This document shows positions 40,228 through 48,536 of a DNA stretch of 64,000 nt, piece after piece; the stretch's first letter is position 1, and every line of letters starts with the position of its first letter. The translations under genes were made by a program, and so were the position numbers. The notes under the pieces were generated by a model. The model was not told where the DNA came from. It saw nothing but the letters and a program-made list of their open reading frames with translations, and searched no databases. This DNA is from Gemmatales bacterium (GTDB lineage Bacteria; Planctomycetota; Planctomycetia; Gemmatales; HRBIN36), in assembly GCA_041640595.1 (NCBI GenBank), contig JBEPZY010000003.1, positions 32,001 through 96,000 on the forward strand. The letters are read 5' to 3'.

Positions 40228-40589
40228 TCGCCTATCTAACTCTGTTTCCTGGACCTTACACCGGACAACTGTCCGCTCTTCGCCAGTACGGCCCGCGGTG
40301 ATCACGTAGCTAACTCTGTTTCCTGGACCTTACACCGGACAACTCTCCGCCCTTCACCAGTACCGCCCACTGTGATCGCGTATCTAACTCTGTTTTTTGA
40401 CCTTACACCGGACAACTGTTCGCCCTTCACCAGTACCGCCCACTGTGATCACGTATCTAACTCTCTTTCCTGGGCTTTACCCGGACGACAGTCCCCCCTT
40501 CACCAGTACCGCCCGCTGTGATCGCCTCCATCCGGCAATAAGTGATCGCCTCCATCCGACAACAAGTAATCGCCTCCATCCCGCAATAG
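40184..40589 (+). repeat. Tandem array of 73-74-bp units copying the rluD 3' end, followed by three 24-bp units
   Basis: TGATC anchors at 40225 (the rluD stop), 40299, 40373, 40446 and 40519. Then GT(G/A)ATCGCCTCCATCC.. units at 40518, 40542 and 40566. Confidence 0.92.
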
Positions 40590-40698
40590 CCTTGCCCCCT
40601 GGCGTATCGGAGCTTCCCCTTCCGCCGGCGACAAGGTCATAGATGAAAGGGATGTCCCCGCCGATTTGGTATTGGTCTTTAAAAGGGGATACTTACTG

Positions 40699-41340
40699 TT
40701 ACGCTTGGCCAGATTGCAGTATGGGGATAAGTTCTTCGGCCAGCAAGACAGGGTATTCAACCACCAGTTCGAATATCCTATCCTTGGTAACGATGCACAG
40801 GACCGTCCCTAATCTTAGCCAACCATACCACGTTTCTTTGTAGATCGTTTTCAGTGCGAGACTCCTGATGTCCTTCATACTAATTTGTCTTACCCTATGC
40901 AAAACGTCGCTCCACAGTGAGAGCGACGCTGAGTCTACAGCCAAGATAGAATCAGGGAACCGTGTCACCTGCTCCCGAATCTCTTGGGCGAAAACTCGAC
41001 AGCTGATCAGCAAAGCCGCATTGACCCTATTCAACTTCAGTTGGGTTTGTCTGGCTCTCCAACGTATCCAAGCTCGTAGTAATTTACTCCCTGAAATAAA
41101 AGACCACAGGCACAAAACTTCGCTAAGGGTAATCGGGCAATTCCCAAAGATGATCTGAGCTGTTAGGTAAGCAAGCGGCAAAGACGCGAGGCAGATGAAG
41201 GTTCGCCGACAAGGGAAATCTAAATTGATAACAAGCCGCCTGATCGCCCTAGATTTGCACACATCCAAACTCGTGGGCGACGGCCTTGCCGGGTCTCTGT
41301 GCCAAAGTACTTTCAGTATTTGACTATGCATATCGGCCAC
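40699..41340 (-). CDS. Putative immunity protein (two-TM membrane protein) for the upstream Rhs-CT
   Basis: Starts 6 bp after the CT stop. Hydrophobic segments TFICLASLPLAYLTAQIIFG and VLCLWSFISG. Confidence 0.55.
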   Translation of the reverse strand: MADMHSQILKVLWHRDPARPSPTSLDVCKSRAIRRLVINLDFPCRRTFICLASLPLAYLTAQIIFGNCPITLSEVLCLWSFISGSKLLRAWIRWRARQTQLKLNRVNAALLISCRVFAQEIREQVTRFPDSILAVDSASLSLWSDVLHRVRQISMKDIRSLALKTIYKETWYGWLRLGTVLCIVTKDRIFELVVEYPVLLAEELIPILQSGQA

Positions 41341-41346
41341 TCACAC

Positions 41347-42212
41347 TTAGCGTTCCCAGAAGCCAGGCGGTGGAGCGAACGGCGTGAGAATCCACTTTAA
41401 ATCGTAGACCAGCTCATAAGTCCATGGGTTAGTGTACCAGGCTGAAAAGCAGGCCACAACACCGCAAATAAACGCAGCTGCCTTGATAAGACCGCTCCTG
41501 AATGCCACTACGAAGCCATCTTGGAAACTCGGTTGTCCCCAACCATAGTACGTACCAAGAAAAGTCCCTGCGAGTCCACCCCAGTATGCTCCTCCAAGAA
41601 GTACGCCAGCTGCCGTTGCGATCGAGACTGGTCCTGTCGCAATTACGACGATGACAAGAACAGTTCCCGCTCCAACTGTTCCCCAGAACACACCCTGCGA
41701 TGCTCCGCCAGCAGCTCCGCCTACACCCCCAGCTATATTGCCCCACAAGTCGGCAAGTGCTTCGCCGATCGCCCAGTCACGCGGGTCCCAACTCCATTGC
41801 GCGGTCTTATCCCAGGGCCAGACCCAGTCTTGCCCGGTCGGATCCACCGCGTTGGTCGGCGAGTTGAACACATACCGGTACAGGTTCCTGTCGCCGGCGG
41901 TGAACGAGAGCGGGTCCTCGCGGAGGAAGCGACCAGCTTGCGGATCGTACCAGCGGGCACGGTAGTAATACAGGTTCTGCCGGCACGCTAATAATACAGA
42001 CTTAGTGCTGCGTCGAGTTCGCGGGCGGTGAACCTGAACCGATCGCCCGCCGCTGGATTCGTCTCATTCAACACGTTGCCGAAACTGTCATACGTGATTT
42101 CGTCTAACACTTCTAAGCCGTTGCGGTAACTGCCGGGATGTGGCGGCCCAATGTCGGTAGCTACATCAAGGCTTGCCTGCAAGCCGTTGGCATGACCACC
42201 CGCATCAGGCAA
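41347..42212 (-). pseudogene. Interrupted orphan Rhs cassette with glycine-zipper hydrophobic (putative pore-forming) C-terminal toxin
   Basis: The core fragment GLEVLDEITYDSFGNVLNETNP...ELDAALSLYY stops at 41988 and resumes in another frame after a 26-bp duplication. It reaches DPTG-QDWVWPW..., then GGVGGAAGGASQG..GTVGAG..GAYWGGLAG helices. Confidence 0.85.
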
Positions 42213-42547
42213 GATCCGCTCAATACTTTCTTACACGTGGACCTTTAAATAACGGTGTTGCATCATAGGGGAAGCAATTCCAACCGAAGAATGTCTGTGG
42301 GAGGAAGCGTTACATACGATCAACCACCGTTCGATGCGTAGCGACCAAGTGTATAGATTCCCCTTCTCTTCTAAAAGCCCTCCGTATCCACTATAACTTA
42401 TCATTTTGGTCTGCTCAAAGGGCGGGTGGCACATCGTTCGCTGTCAACTGAGATAATTTCCGAAATCTCGTCCTGGTGTCTCGATTGGCAAATCATAGTC
42501 TTAACGATTAAAGCGCAGTTACGAGGGCCAGACCATCTCTGGCCGAC

Positions 42548-42982
42548 TCACGTGCAGATGTTTATGTTCTTGCATAAAAGTTCACGCTCTTTGTCCGAAA
42601 GCCAGTCGCGGGTACCGACGACAACTCCAAGATTATGGTTTTCGTTGTGGAAAAAAAATAGATCGCCAAACGCTTCCTTGCCTAGAGGTAAGGCTTCGCG
42701 CGTCCTCCCGAACCAGATGCAAAGGAACGGATTTATGGTAACATATTCTAAACTAGCGACGGGAGGTCGCCCTCGCACAAGGGGATGATCCGCTGGTAAA
42801 TGGATTTCCAACGCTTGGATGACGCCTGTTCTATCGGCGAGCCAGTCATAAAATACAACTTCTTCGTCTTCTGTTTTTCTGCGAAAGAATCGTTCCCCGT
42901 TAACTACGAAGTGATCGCCGGGTTGAGTATACAGCGAATGAACCGACAATGTCTGCTTAAGAACGAGCACTAGGAAATTCAT
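42548..42982 (-). CDS. Putative immunity protein for the upstream Rhs-CT
   Basis: 144-aa soluble ORF directly downstream of an orphan CT, in AT-rich sequence. No family recognised. Confidence 0.6.
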   Translation of the reverse strand: MNFLVLVLKQTLSVHSLYTQPGDHFVVNGERFFRRKTEDEEVVFYDWLADRTGVIQALEIHLPADHPLVRGRPPVASLEYVTINPFLCIWFGRTREALPLGKEAFGDLFFFHNENHNLGVVVGTRDWLSDKERELLCKNINICT

Positions 42983-43058
42983 CTTTCCTTGCTCCAAAAG
43001 CTTTAGTCCTTGGGCCTTAGCATGGGACTACGGCAAAAGGTTTGCGCAGTTGTTTCGG

Positions 43059-43724
43059 CTACGGGGCAATGCCCCATTCCGCAAGTTGCTGAAGAATCAT
43101 CTGGATTCGCTGTCTTTGAACTGCTACACCGATACCAGTGTATCCAATTTCCTGGTACCGGGCGAGAGTTCTCTGGGCCACTTCTAGATACCATCGCAGA
43201 GCGGCGATGTTGGCCTCTGTCTTTGCTATTCTCTCTCCGCGGAAAAAAGCCCTCAGAACCGCCTGCTTCGTCATGCCTTCGCCAGTGATAATTCCTCCCG
43301 ATGGCGATATCCTGGTTGCAACAAAGGCAATCCCTTCGTGAACGCACCATACTCCCAAACCATATGCGGCACCAACGAAAGTCCCGAAGACTGCACCTTC
43401 GGGGTCTATAACTGGACCAGCAAGAACAGGATCATTCGGCCCAGGAGCATTAGCCACGTTCGGTGTACCGAAAAAAGCAGCACCCACCGCAGCACCGATG
43501 AACACCACAATCACTATTGGTGGTAATTCGCCACTTGGATCTCGAAAGTTCACCGGCGAGTTGAACACATAGCGGTACAGGTTTGTGTCGCCGGCGGTGA
43601 ACGAGAGCGGGTCTTCGCGCAGGAAGCGACCCGCTTGCGGATCGTACCAGCGGGCACGGTAGCTATATAGGTTCGGCCGACACGCCAATAATACATACTT
43701 AGTGCGGTGTCGAGTTCGCGGGCG
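43059..43724 (-). pseudogene. Interrupted orphan Rhs cassette with unknown helical C-terminal toxin
   Basis: ARELDTALSMYY / 26-bp frameshift / YRARWYDPQAGRFLREDP...FRDPSG-ELPP. The CT has hydrophobic helices, then LRAFFRG...ALRWYLEVAQRTL...VQRQRIQMI. Confidence 0.85.
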
Positions 43725-43758
43725 CTAATGGGAGGTTGCCACGTATTACGAACGTTGT

Positions 43759-44805
43759 TCAATCCTTTACCCATCTCGTAAGGTCATAAATCCAGATCTC
43801 AGACGAGAACCCGCCAAACGGCGCGATCGCCAGCTCCCACCTAGAAGTTGCTGCGGTTGAATAAGGTAATATCCTCTTAATGGCTAAAACATTTCCACTA
43901 GCAACATCTAGAATATAGCCTCGCCGGGTGCTGACTGACTGTACATAGAGGTACTGAGAGTCCCTGGTGAATCTCGCACTAATGATATGTTCCCCCTGCA
44001 GTACTGCCTGCCATAACATTGCGCCTGACGATGCGTCGTAAATGTAAAGCTCGCTGAAGGTAGTGTAAAGTAAGTATCGGCCATCTGGGCTAATGCTGAG
44101 AAGAAAGCCAGGTCTTCGCTCAGGCATTTGAAGTTGACTGTGGTGAAGGACCTTTCCTGTGAACGCATCCACTTTATATAAATCTGCCTTTTGCCCTGAG
44201 CTACCAATTAAAACCACACCATTCTCGAGAGGCTTAATCCACCAAAACTCGTGCGGCATCTTAGTTCGACTGACAATTTGCTGTTTGCAGGGATCCCATA
44301 TTTCGAGTTCCTTGTGCTTGCTATTCCATACGCAAAACGCCTGTTCTCCTACAAACCCTATCCAATCCCATCCCAATTCCGAGAAGGAAGGCGATTGGAA
44401 AATACATTTCCCCGAAGGCAACTCCCAGACCGATACCTTTCCGGCACCAAACGCTAACAATTTACCGCTCTGGGAAAATTGCAAGCGAGGGGTCAGGAGT
44501 TCGTCTAGGTGCCCCTGGTATTGTCTGTCGTCGTAGGCCCCTGCCGCTAACTCCAGGATCCGGGTGCCACTTGGCCACGCCCATACGTAGATCGAACCGT
44601 CTGTTTGCAGCGCCGCGATATAGTCGTCGTTCGGTGAGAAAGCAATAGATTCCACCCTGGGCACGGGATCCCATAGGGAAAACTGTAGGCAAATTTTAGA
44701 ATGAGGGCGTGCGCAGCCCCAAGGCCATAGAGCATTGATCGTTGCGAAAATGCTCACCACAATCAACAGGCACAGTAGCAGTTTCTTTTTGCTGAACAAG
44801 CGCAT
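43759..44805 (-). CDS. Membrane-anchored WD40/beta-propeller protein, putative immunity protein
   Basis: N-terminal KKK plus TM, and WD40-like blades (SIAFSPNDDYIAA, LQFSQSGKLLA, SISPDGRYL, ARFTRDSQYL). Starts 5 bp after the CT stop. Confidence 0.8.
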   Translation of the reverse strand: MRLFSKKKLLLCLLIVVSIFATINALWPWGCARPHSKICLQFSLWDPVPRVESIAFSPNDDYIAALQTDGSIYVWAWPSGTRILELAAGAYDDRQYQGHLDELLTPRLQFSQSGKLLAFGAGKVSVWELPSGKCIFQSPSFSELGWDWIGFVGEQAFCVWNSKHKELEIWDPCKQQIVSRTKMPHEFWWIKPLENGVVLIGSSGQKADLYKVDAFTGKVLHHSQLQMPERRPGFLLSISPDGRYLLYTTFSELYIYDASSGAMLWQAVLQGEHIISARFTRDSQYLYVQSVSTRRGYILDVASGNVLAIKRILPYSTAATSRWELAIAPFGGFSSEIWIYDLTRWVKD

Positions 44806-44810
44806 ATCTT

Positions 44811-45640
44811 TTACCTCTTTACTTTCTTTGTCCACCACACTGGTTCACCGAAGGGATCTTCAATAATGCATTTTGGATTGCACTCAGATTCTATAAACAG
44901 ATGGTCCAGTCCGCCATACCACCCATCATCCAGATAAATGCGAGTCCCGTCTCTGAGTTCTATTATCACTGCTGCATGTCCTATGCCGAAATACTCATGG
45001 ACACGGTAATTTACTACCCAAAATATCGCACCAATGTATAAGTAGCCTTGCTTAGCTAGTTCGTCACAGACTTGCCATAGGTCCCTATCATGTTGAAATC
45101 TTTTCTGATATTCCTCCACCCATTCGTAGCATTTGCCAAACCAGCCCACTGGTTTAGACCACGCGAAATCAGCCTGGTCAGTCAATCGAATAAGTACATC
45201 AGCAATCAGCCGCTGCTTCTCCTGGGAAAGGTCTGCGTAGATACGTGGCACAAGCTCATCGCGGATCCAGCGACGACGATTCTCTCGGATCTTTGATTCG
45301 CGGCAACATGGCGGCGGTAGCGGCGGCGGGGGAAAGGGACCAAGCGGCATATTCCCACCGCAGGCAAAGCCCGCAGGCCAGGCTGCGACAGAATATCCCT
45401 TGCAGTTACTGCATCGACAATCTCCGCCGCAAGCGCATTCGTGCTTGTGCTTACCATGGCGGGGTACAGATTGCAAGCCCGTCGGATCCACCGCACTCAC
45501 CGGCGAGTTGAACACATAGCGGTACAGGTTCGTGTCGCCGGCGGTGAACGAGAGCGGGTCTTCGCGCAGGAAGCGACCGTGGTGGCGGCACAACTATAGT
45601 AAGACTAAGCAACTTAGTTGCGGATCGTACCAGCGGACAT
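44811..45640 (-). pseudogene. Interrupted orphan Rhs cassette with putative papain/transglutaminase-like (Cys-His-Asp) toxin
   Basis: RWYDPQ / 39-nt insert with a stop / GRFLREDP...AVDPTG-L. Cys-rich linker, then GKCYEW...GHAAVIIE...IYLDDGW. Confidence 0.75.
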
Positions 45641-45883
45641 GCCTAGTCGCGCAGGGTAGCAGCAAGCACAGGTGTAGCTATTGGTGCGGGAGCGATAGTG
45701 GCCCTAAATGGAGCATGGTTAAAACCAGCCCCACAGACCATGTTCTGACACCATACTCGATTCGATAGTGACTGCAATGCGCTAAAGGGAGCTGCCGCGA
45801 ATACAGATGGGCCATGTTTGCTCAGGGGCCGAAGGTCCCAAAATCGGTGTCCTGAACAGATTGGTCGCTTCCACCGGCGACCT

Positions 45884-46153
45884 TCATTTAGCATCCTCCT
45901 CCACTACCGTCCAGCCGAACATTTCCCGAAAATCCTGAAAGCATTCCGGACAAATCCAATGGTAGCTATCCAGCGTACAGTATCCCTCTTGCAAGGTATC
46001 AGGATATGGCTCCTCCATGAATTTCGCCCAGCAGAGTTCGCAATGATCATGGTCCCAAGTCGGTTTGGGTCGTTTCCATCGCCTGTAAGCTAATACCGCT
46101 CCTTTGAGATATTCTTCCTGATTCGTCAAGCGAGGGTCATCACGGCTCGCCAT
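45884..46153 (-). CDS. Small Cys/His (zinc-binding-like) orphan immunity-type protein
   Basis: WDHDHCELCWAKF...WICPECFQDFREMFGW. AGGAGA RBS. Located inside the Rhs array. Confidence 0.7.
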   Translation of the reverse strand: MASRDDPRLTNQEEYLKGAVLAYRRWKRPKPTWDHDHCELCWAKFMEEPYPDTLQEGYCTLDSYHWICPECFQDFREMFGWTVVEEDAK

Positions 46154-46218
46154 AAGACTATCTCCTAAATGTGTTATTTGATACGTCTAAATGCTTCATT
46201 TAGGCTTAATCCTTCGGC

Positions 46219-46398
46219 TTAATGGCGCCCGGATGTGGCAGCTCGATGGAGGCAGCTATATGAGTCTTCGAGACATCTGTCATACATCATAGGTATTTCC
46301 GAGTCTAGGCACAAGCTGTCCTTGCCTCCCCAATTTCCATCGTCCAGGTAAATGCAGCGGCCTCCCCGGAGCATGGCGTCGGTGGTGGTAAGATGGCG
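46219..46398 (-). pseudogene. Degraded remnant of a CT homologous to the 44811-45593 toxin
   Basis: RHLTTTDAMLRGGRCIYLDDGNWGGKDSLCLDSEI..CLEDSY aligns with GHAAVIIELRDGTRIYLDDGWYGGLDHLFIESEC..CIIEDPF. Confidence 0.7.
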
Positions 46399-46555
46399 CA
46401 AAACGGATCTACTAATGCAGACGATGCGAACGCATGGCGAGGACCCGGGCTTTTTTGCCCGGCATCTTCCCATGACATGTATAGATCTAATGTATTCTAA
46501 TCTGTTTGGGGCAAAGGTAGTCAGCCGGAGCCTGTGGTACGATTGCACTTCGGCT

Positions 46556-46837
46556 TCACTGTAAACCTGCCTTGCGTAACTGCTTCTGAGGATCCCAACC
46601 CGGTGGCGCTGGAATGCCCTGGCCTCTCCAGGGACAACCAGCGGCAATCCATTCATTACGCCATTGTGCATATATCTCTTGTCGTTTTCTAGGGTCTCCG
46701 AATGCCGCATCATCGTATCCAAATTGAATTCCACAGCATGGGCAGATTTCGAACGAGGGCGACTCACTTCGCCAAGGAGGAAATCCGAGATCGTAGCCGC
46801 AGACAGGGCATAGATGCGAGGTATTTATGGTGTCCAT
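46556..46837 (-). CDS. Cys-rich (CPCC-type) immunity protein cognate to the main Rhs-CT
   Basis: CPVCGY...EICPCCGIQFGYDD...WRNEW..GCPW..PPGWDPQKQL. Its start overlaps the toxin stop by 13 bp, suggesting translational coupling. Confidence 0.82.
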   Translation of the reverse strand: MDTINTSHLCPVCGYDLGFPPWRSESPSFEICPCCGIQFGYDDAAFGDPRKRQEIYAQWRNEWIAAGCPWRGQGIPAPPGWDPQKQLRKAGLQ

Positions 46838-48435
46838 GGTGGTGCTCCACGTTGGGCGTTCCAGTAATCAAGATTGGTTGGATAGCGGTGTTTCGCCGGA
46901 TCCGGTTTGAAAAAGGTCTTCGTCGTGCCATCCGGATTATAGGCCCCGAATGTATTCGTTTCTGGGTCATAGATCCGGATCACCCCAAACTCGTCCATTT
47001 TCATCGGGAGACCCCGATGGATGGCATCTTGGAAGAACTGCGATGCCTTCTGTGCATACTCTTCGGCAGTCCTAGCACCAAAATCCGCCCCATGTCGCCT
47101 GAAGTGATCCTCAAGAGTCGCTGGATTGCCCCACGATTCCGCGGCAGTTAAGCCTTGCCGAGCTGATTTGGGCGGTCTATTCGCGGGACTCGGCAGCCGT
47201 TTCTGTAGTAGCTTGCACGAGCCCCAGAAGACCAGCGCCCCCGCACCTGCCGAGCCAAGCCACTCGCCCAATGGCTCCCAGTTTCCCCAATAGGCGTCTT
47301 CCAGACTCACATATAAGTCGGGTATGCCACCTAGAACTACGTTCAAAAACAACGATTCGTACATGTCGCGCCAATCGTCCAACTGGCCCGCACGCAACTT
47401 CTCCTCAAATGCTCGTCCCAAGTAGCTCCTAGTCTCGTATCCTGTTCCCAGGAAGATATCTATGCCCGTACCGACGAAATCCATGGGGACGAAAATCGCT
47501 TCGTGGAAGAACCCGGTGAAGCCGTTCCACAACCCTCGGCCAAAGCTCTTGACTTTATCCCACCACGATAGCCCGGTAGGATCAACATACACTACCGGCG
47601 AGTTGAACACATAGCGGTACAAATTCGTGTCGCCGGCGGTGAACGAGAGCGGGTCTTCGCGCAGGAAGCGACCCGCTTGCGGGTCGTACCAGCGGGCACG
47701 GTAGTAATACAGACTTAGTGCGGCGTCGAGTTCGCGGCCGGTGAACTTGAAGCGGTCGCCCGATGTTGGATTCGTCTCACTCAACACGTTGCCGAAACTG
47801 TCATACGTGATTTCGTCTAACACTTCTAAGCCGTTGCCATAACCGCCCGCATCCCGCACGATCGCCCGCACCGAGCCGACATAGTCCGTCAGGTACCAGT
47901 CCGGGACACCCGTCACCGGGTCTAACCGTGCTAACACCTGGTCTATATCCGGCCCGTAAAGATAATAGTGCTGCACGTTCCCCTGGTCATCCAGGTCTAT
48001 ATAGGGATTGTCGCCATCGTAAAACGTCCAGGTGCGAACCGGCTGCTGTGGCCCATCGCCATCCGCATCTACTTCCGTGGCAATCCGCCGGTCGAACACG
48101 TCATAGACATAGTGCGTGCGATAGACCACGTTCCCCTGGGCGTCCTTGACAACGATGTCGGTAACCCGGTTGCGATAATCGTACGTGAACTCGGTCGCCT
48201 GCCCATCGCTGATGCGGGTCTTGCGAATCAGGTTCCCCTCGGCGTCGTATTCGTAGCGATAGGTGCCGTCACTGAGTAAGCGGTTTTCCGGGCCGATGGT
48301 ATAGTAGGCTTCGCCGTTGGGCAGTGCCGGAGAAGCCGCGTACAGGCGGTTGCCGTTGGCATCATAACTATAAGTCTCCTGCCGCGCTCCGGAAACGCCA
48401 ATCAACTGTCCGAGATTATCGTAACTGTACTGCAA
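46825..48435 (-). CDS. N-terminally truncated Rhs/YD-repeat protein with putative BECR-fold RNase toxin
   Basis: YD repeats (YSYDNLGQL, YSYDANGNR, YEYDAEGNL), Rhs core, and DPTG cleavage motif. CT LEDHFRRHGADFG...YDPETNTFGAYNPDGTTKTFFKP. An in-frame stop at 48454-48456 truncates the shell. Confidence 0.88.
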   Translation of the reverse strand: MQYSYDNLGQLIGVSGARQETYSYDANGNRLYAASPALPNGEAYYTIGPENRLLSDGTYRYEYDAEGNLIRKTRISDGQATEFTYDYRNRVTDIVVKDAQGNVVYRTHYVYDVFDRRIATEVDADGDGPQQPVRTWTFYDGDNPYIDLDDQGNVQHYYLYGPDIDQVLARLDPVTGVPDWYLTDYVGSVRAIVRDAGGYGNGLEVLDEITYDSFGNVLSETNPTSGDRFKFTGRELDAALSLYYYRARWYDPQAGRFLREDPLSFTAGDTNLYRYVFNSPVVYVDPTGLSWWDKVKSFGRGLWNGFTGFFHEAIFVPMDFVGTGIDIFLGTGYETRSYLGRAFEEKLRAGQLDDWRDMYESLFLNVVLGGIPDLYVSLEDAYWGNWEPLGEWLGSAGAGALVFWGSCKLLQKRLPSPANRPPKSARQGLTAAESWGNPATLEDHFRRHGADFGARTAEEYAQKASQFFQDAIHRGLPMKMDEFGVIRIYDPETNTFGAYNPDGTTKTFFKPDPAKHRYPTNLDYWNAQRGAPPWTP

Positions 48436-48536
48436 GGTGCCTTCCGGCCCAGCTCATTGAGCAATGCGGTTGGCCCACTGTGCTGGGCGATGCGGCTGGC
48501 AAGAGCGTAGTGCCAGCGGGACGCCAGGGCCGGTTG

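Larger units (their letters stand above)
40590..48456 (-). other. Polymorphic Rhs toxin/immunity island (orphan-cassette array)
   Basis: Four copies of the Rhs core end (RARWYDPQAGRFLREDPLSFTAGDTNLYRYVFNSP..DPxG), each with a different C-terminal domain and its own downstream gene. Visibly more AT-rich than the flanks (judged by eye). Confidence 0.92.

Noticed and set aside
40213..40520. The 73-74-bp array as a CRISPR array
   Set aside because: The whole unit is repeated with no unique spacers, and it derives from the rluD 3' end.
42231..42434. Short ORFs inside the Rhs island (42231-42434, 45643-45894, 40500-40760)
   Set aside because: No RBS or motif support. They may be decayed cassette debris but cannot be assigned.
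46219..46767. 182-aa ORF as a real gene
   Set aside because: Its 5' part overlaps the well-supported CPCC immunity gene in another frame. Only the last ~60 codons show toxin homology and are treated as a remnant.
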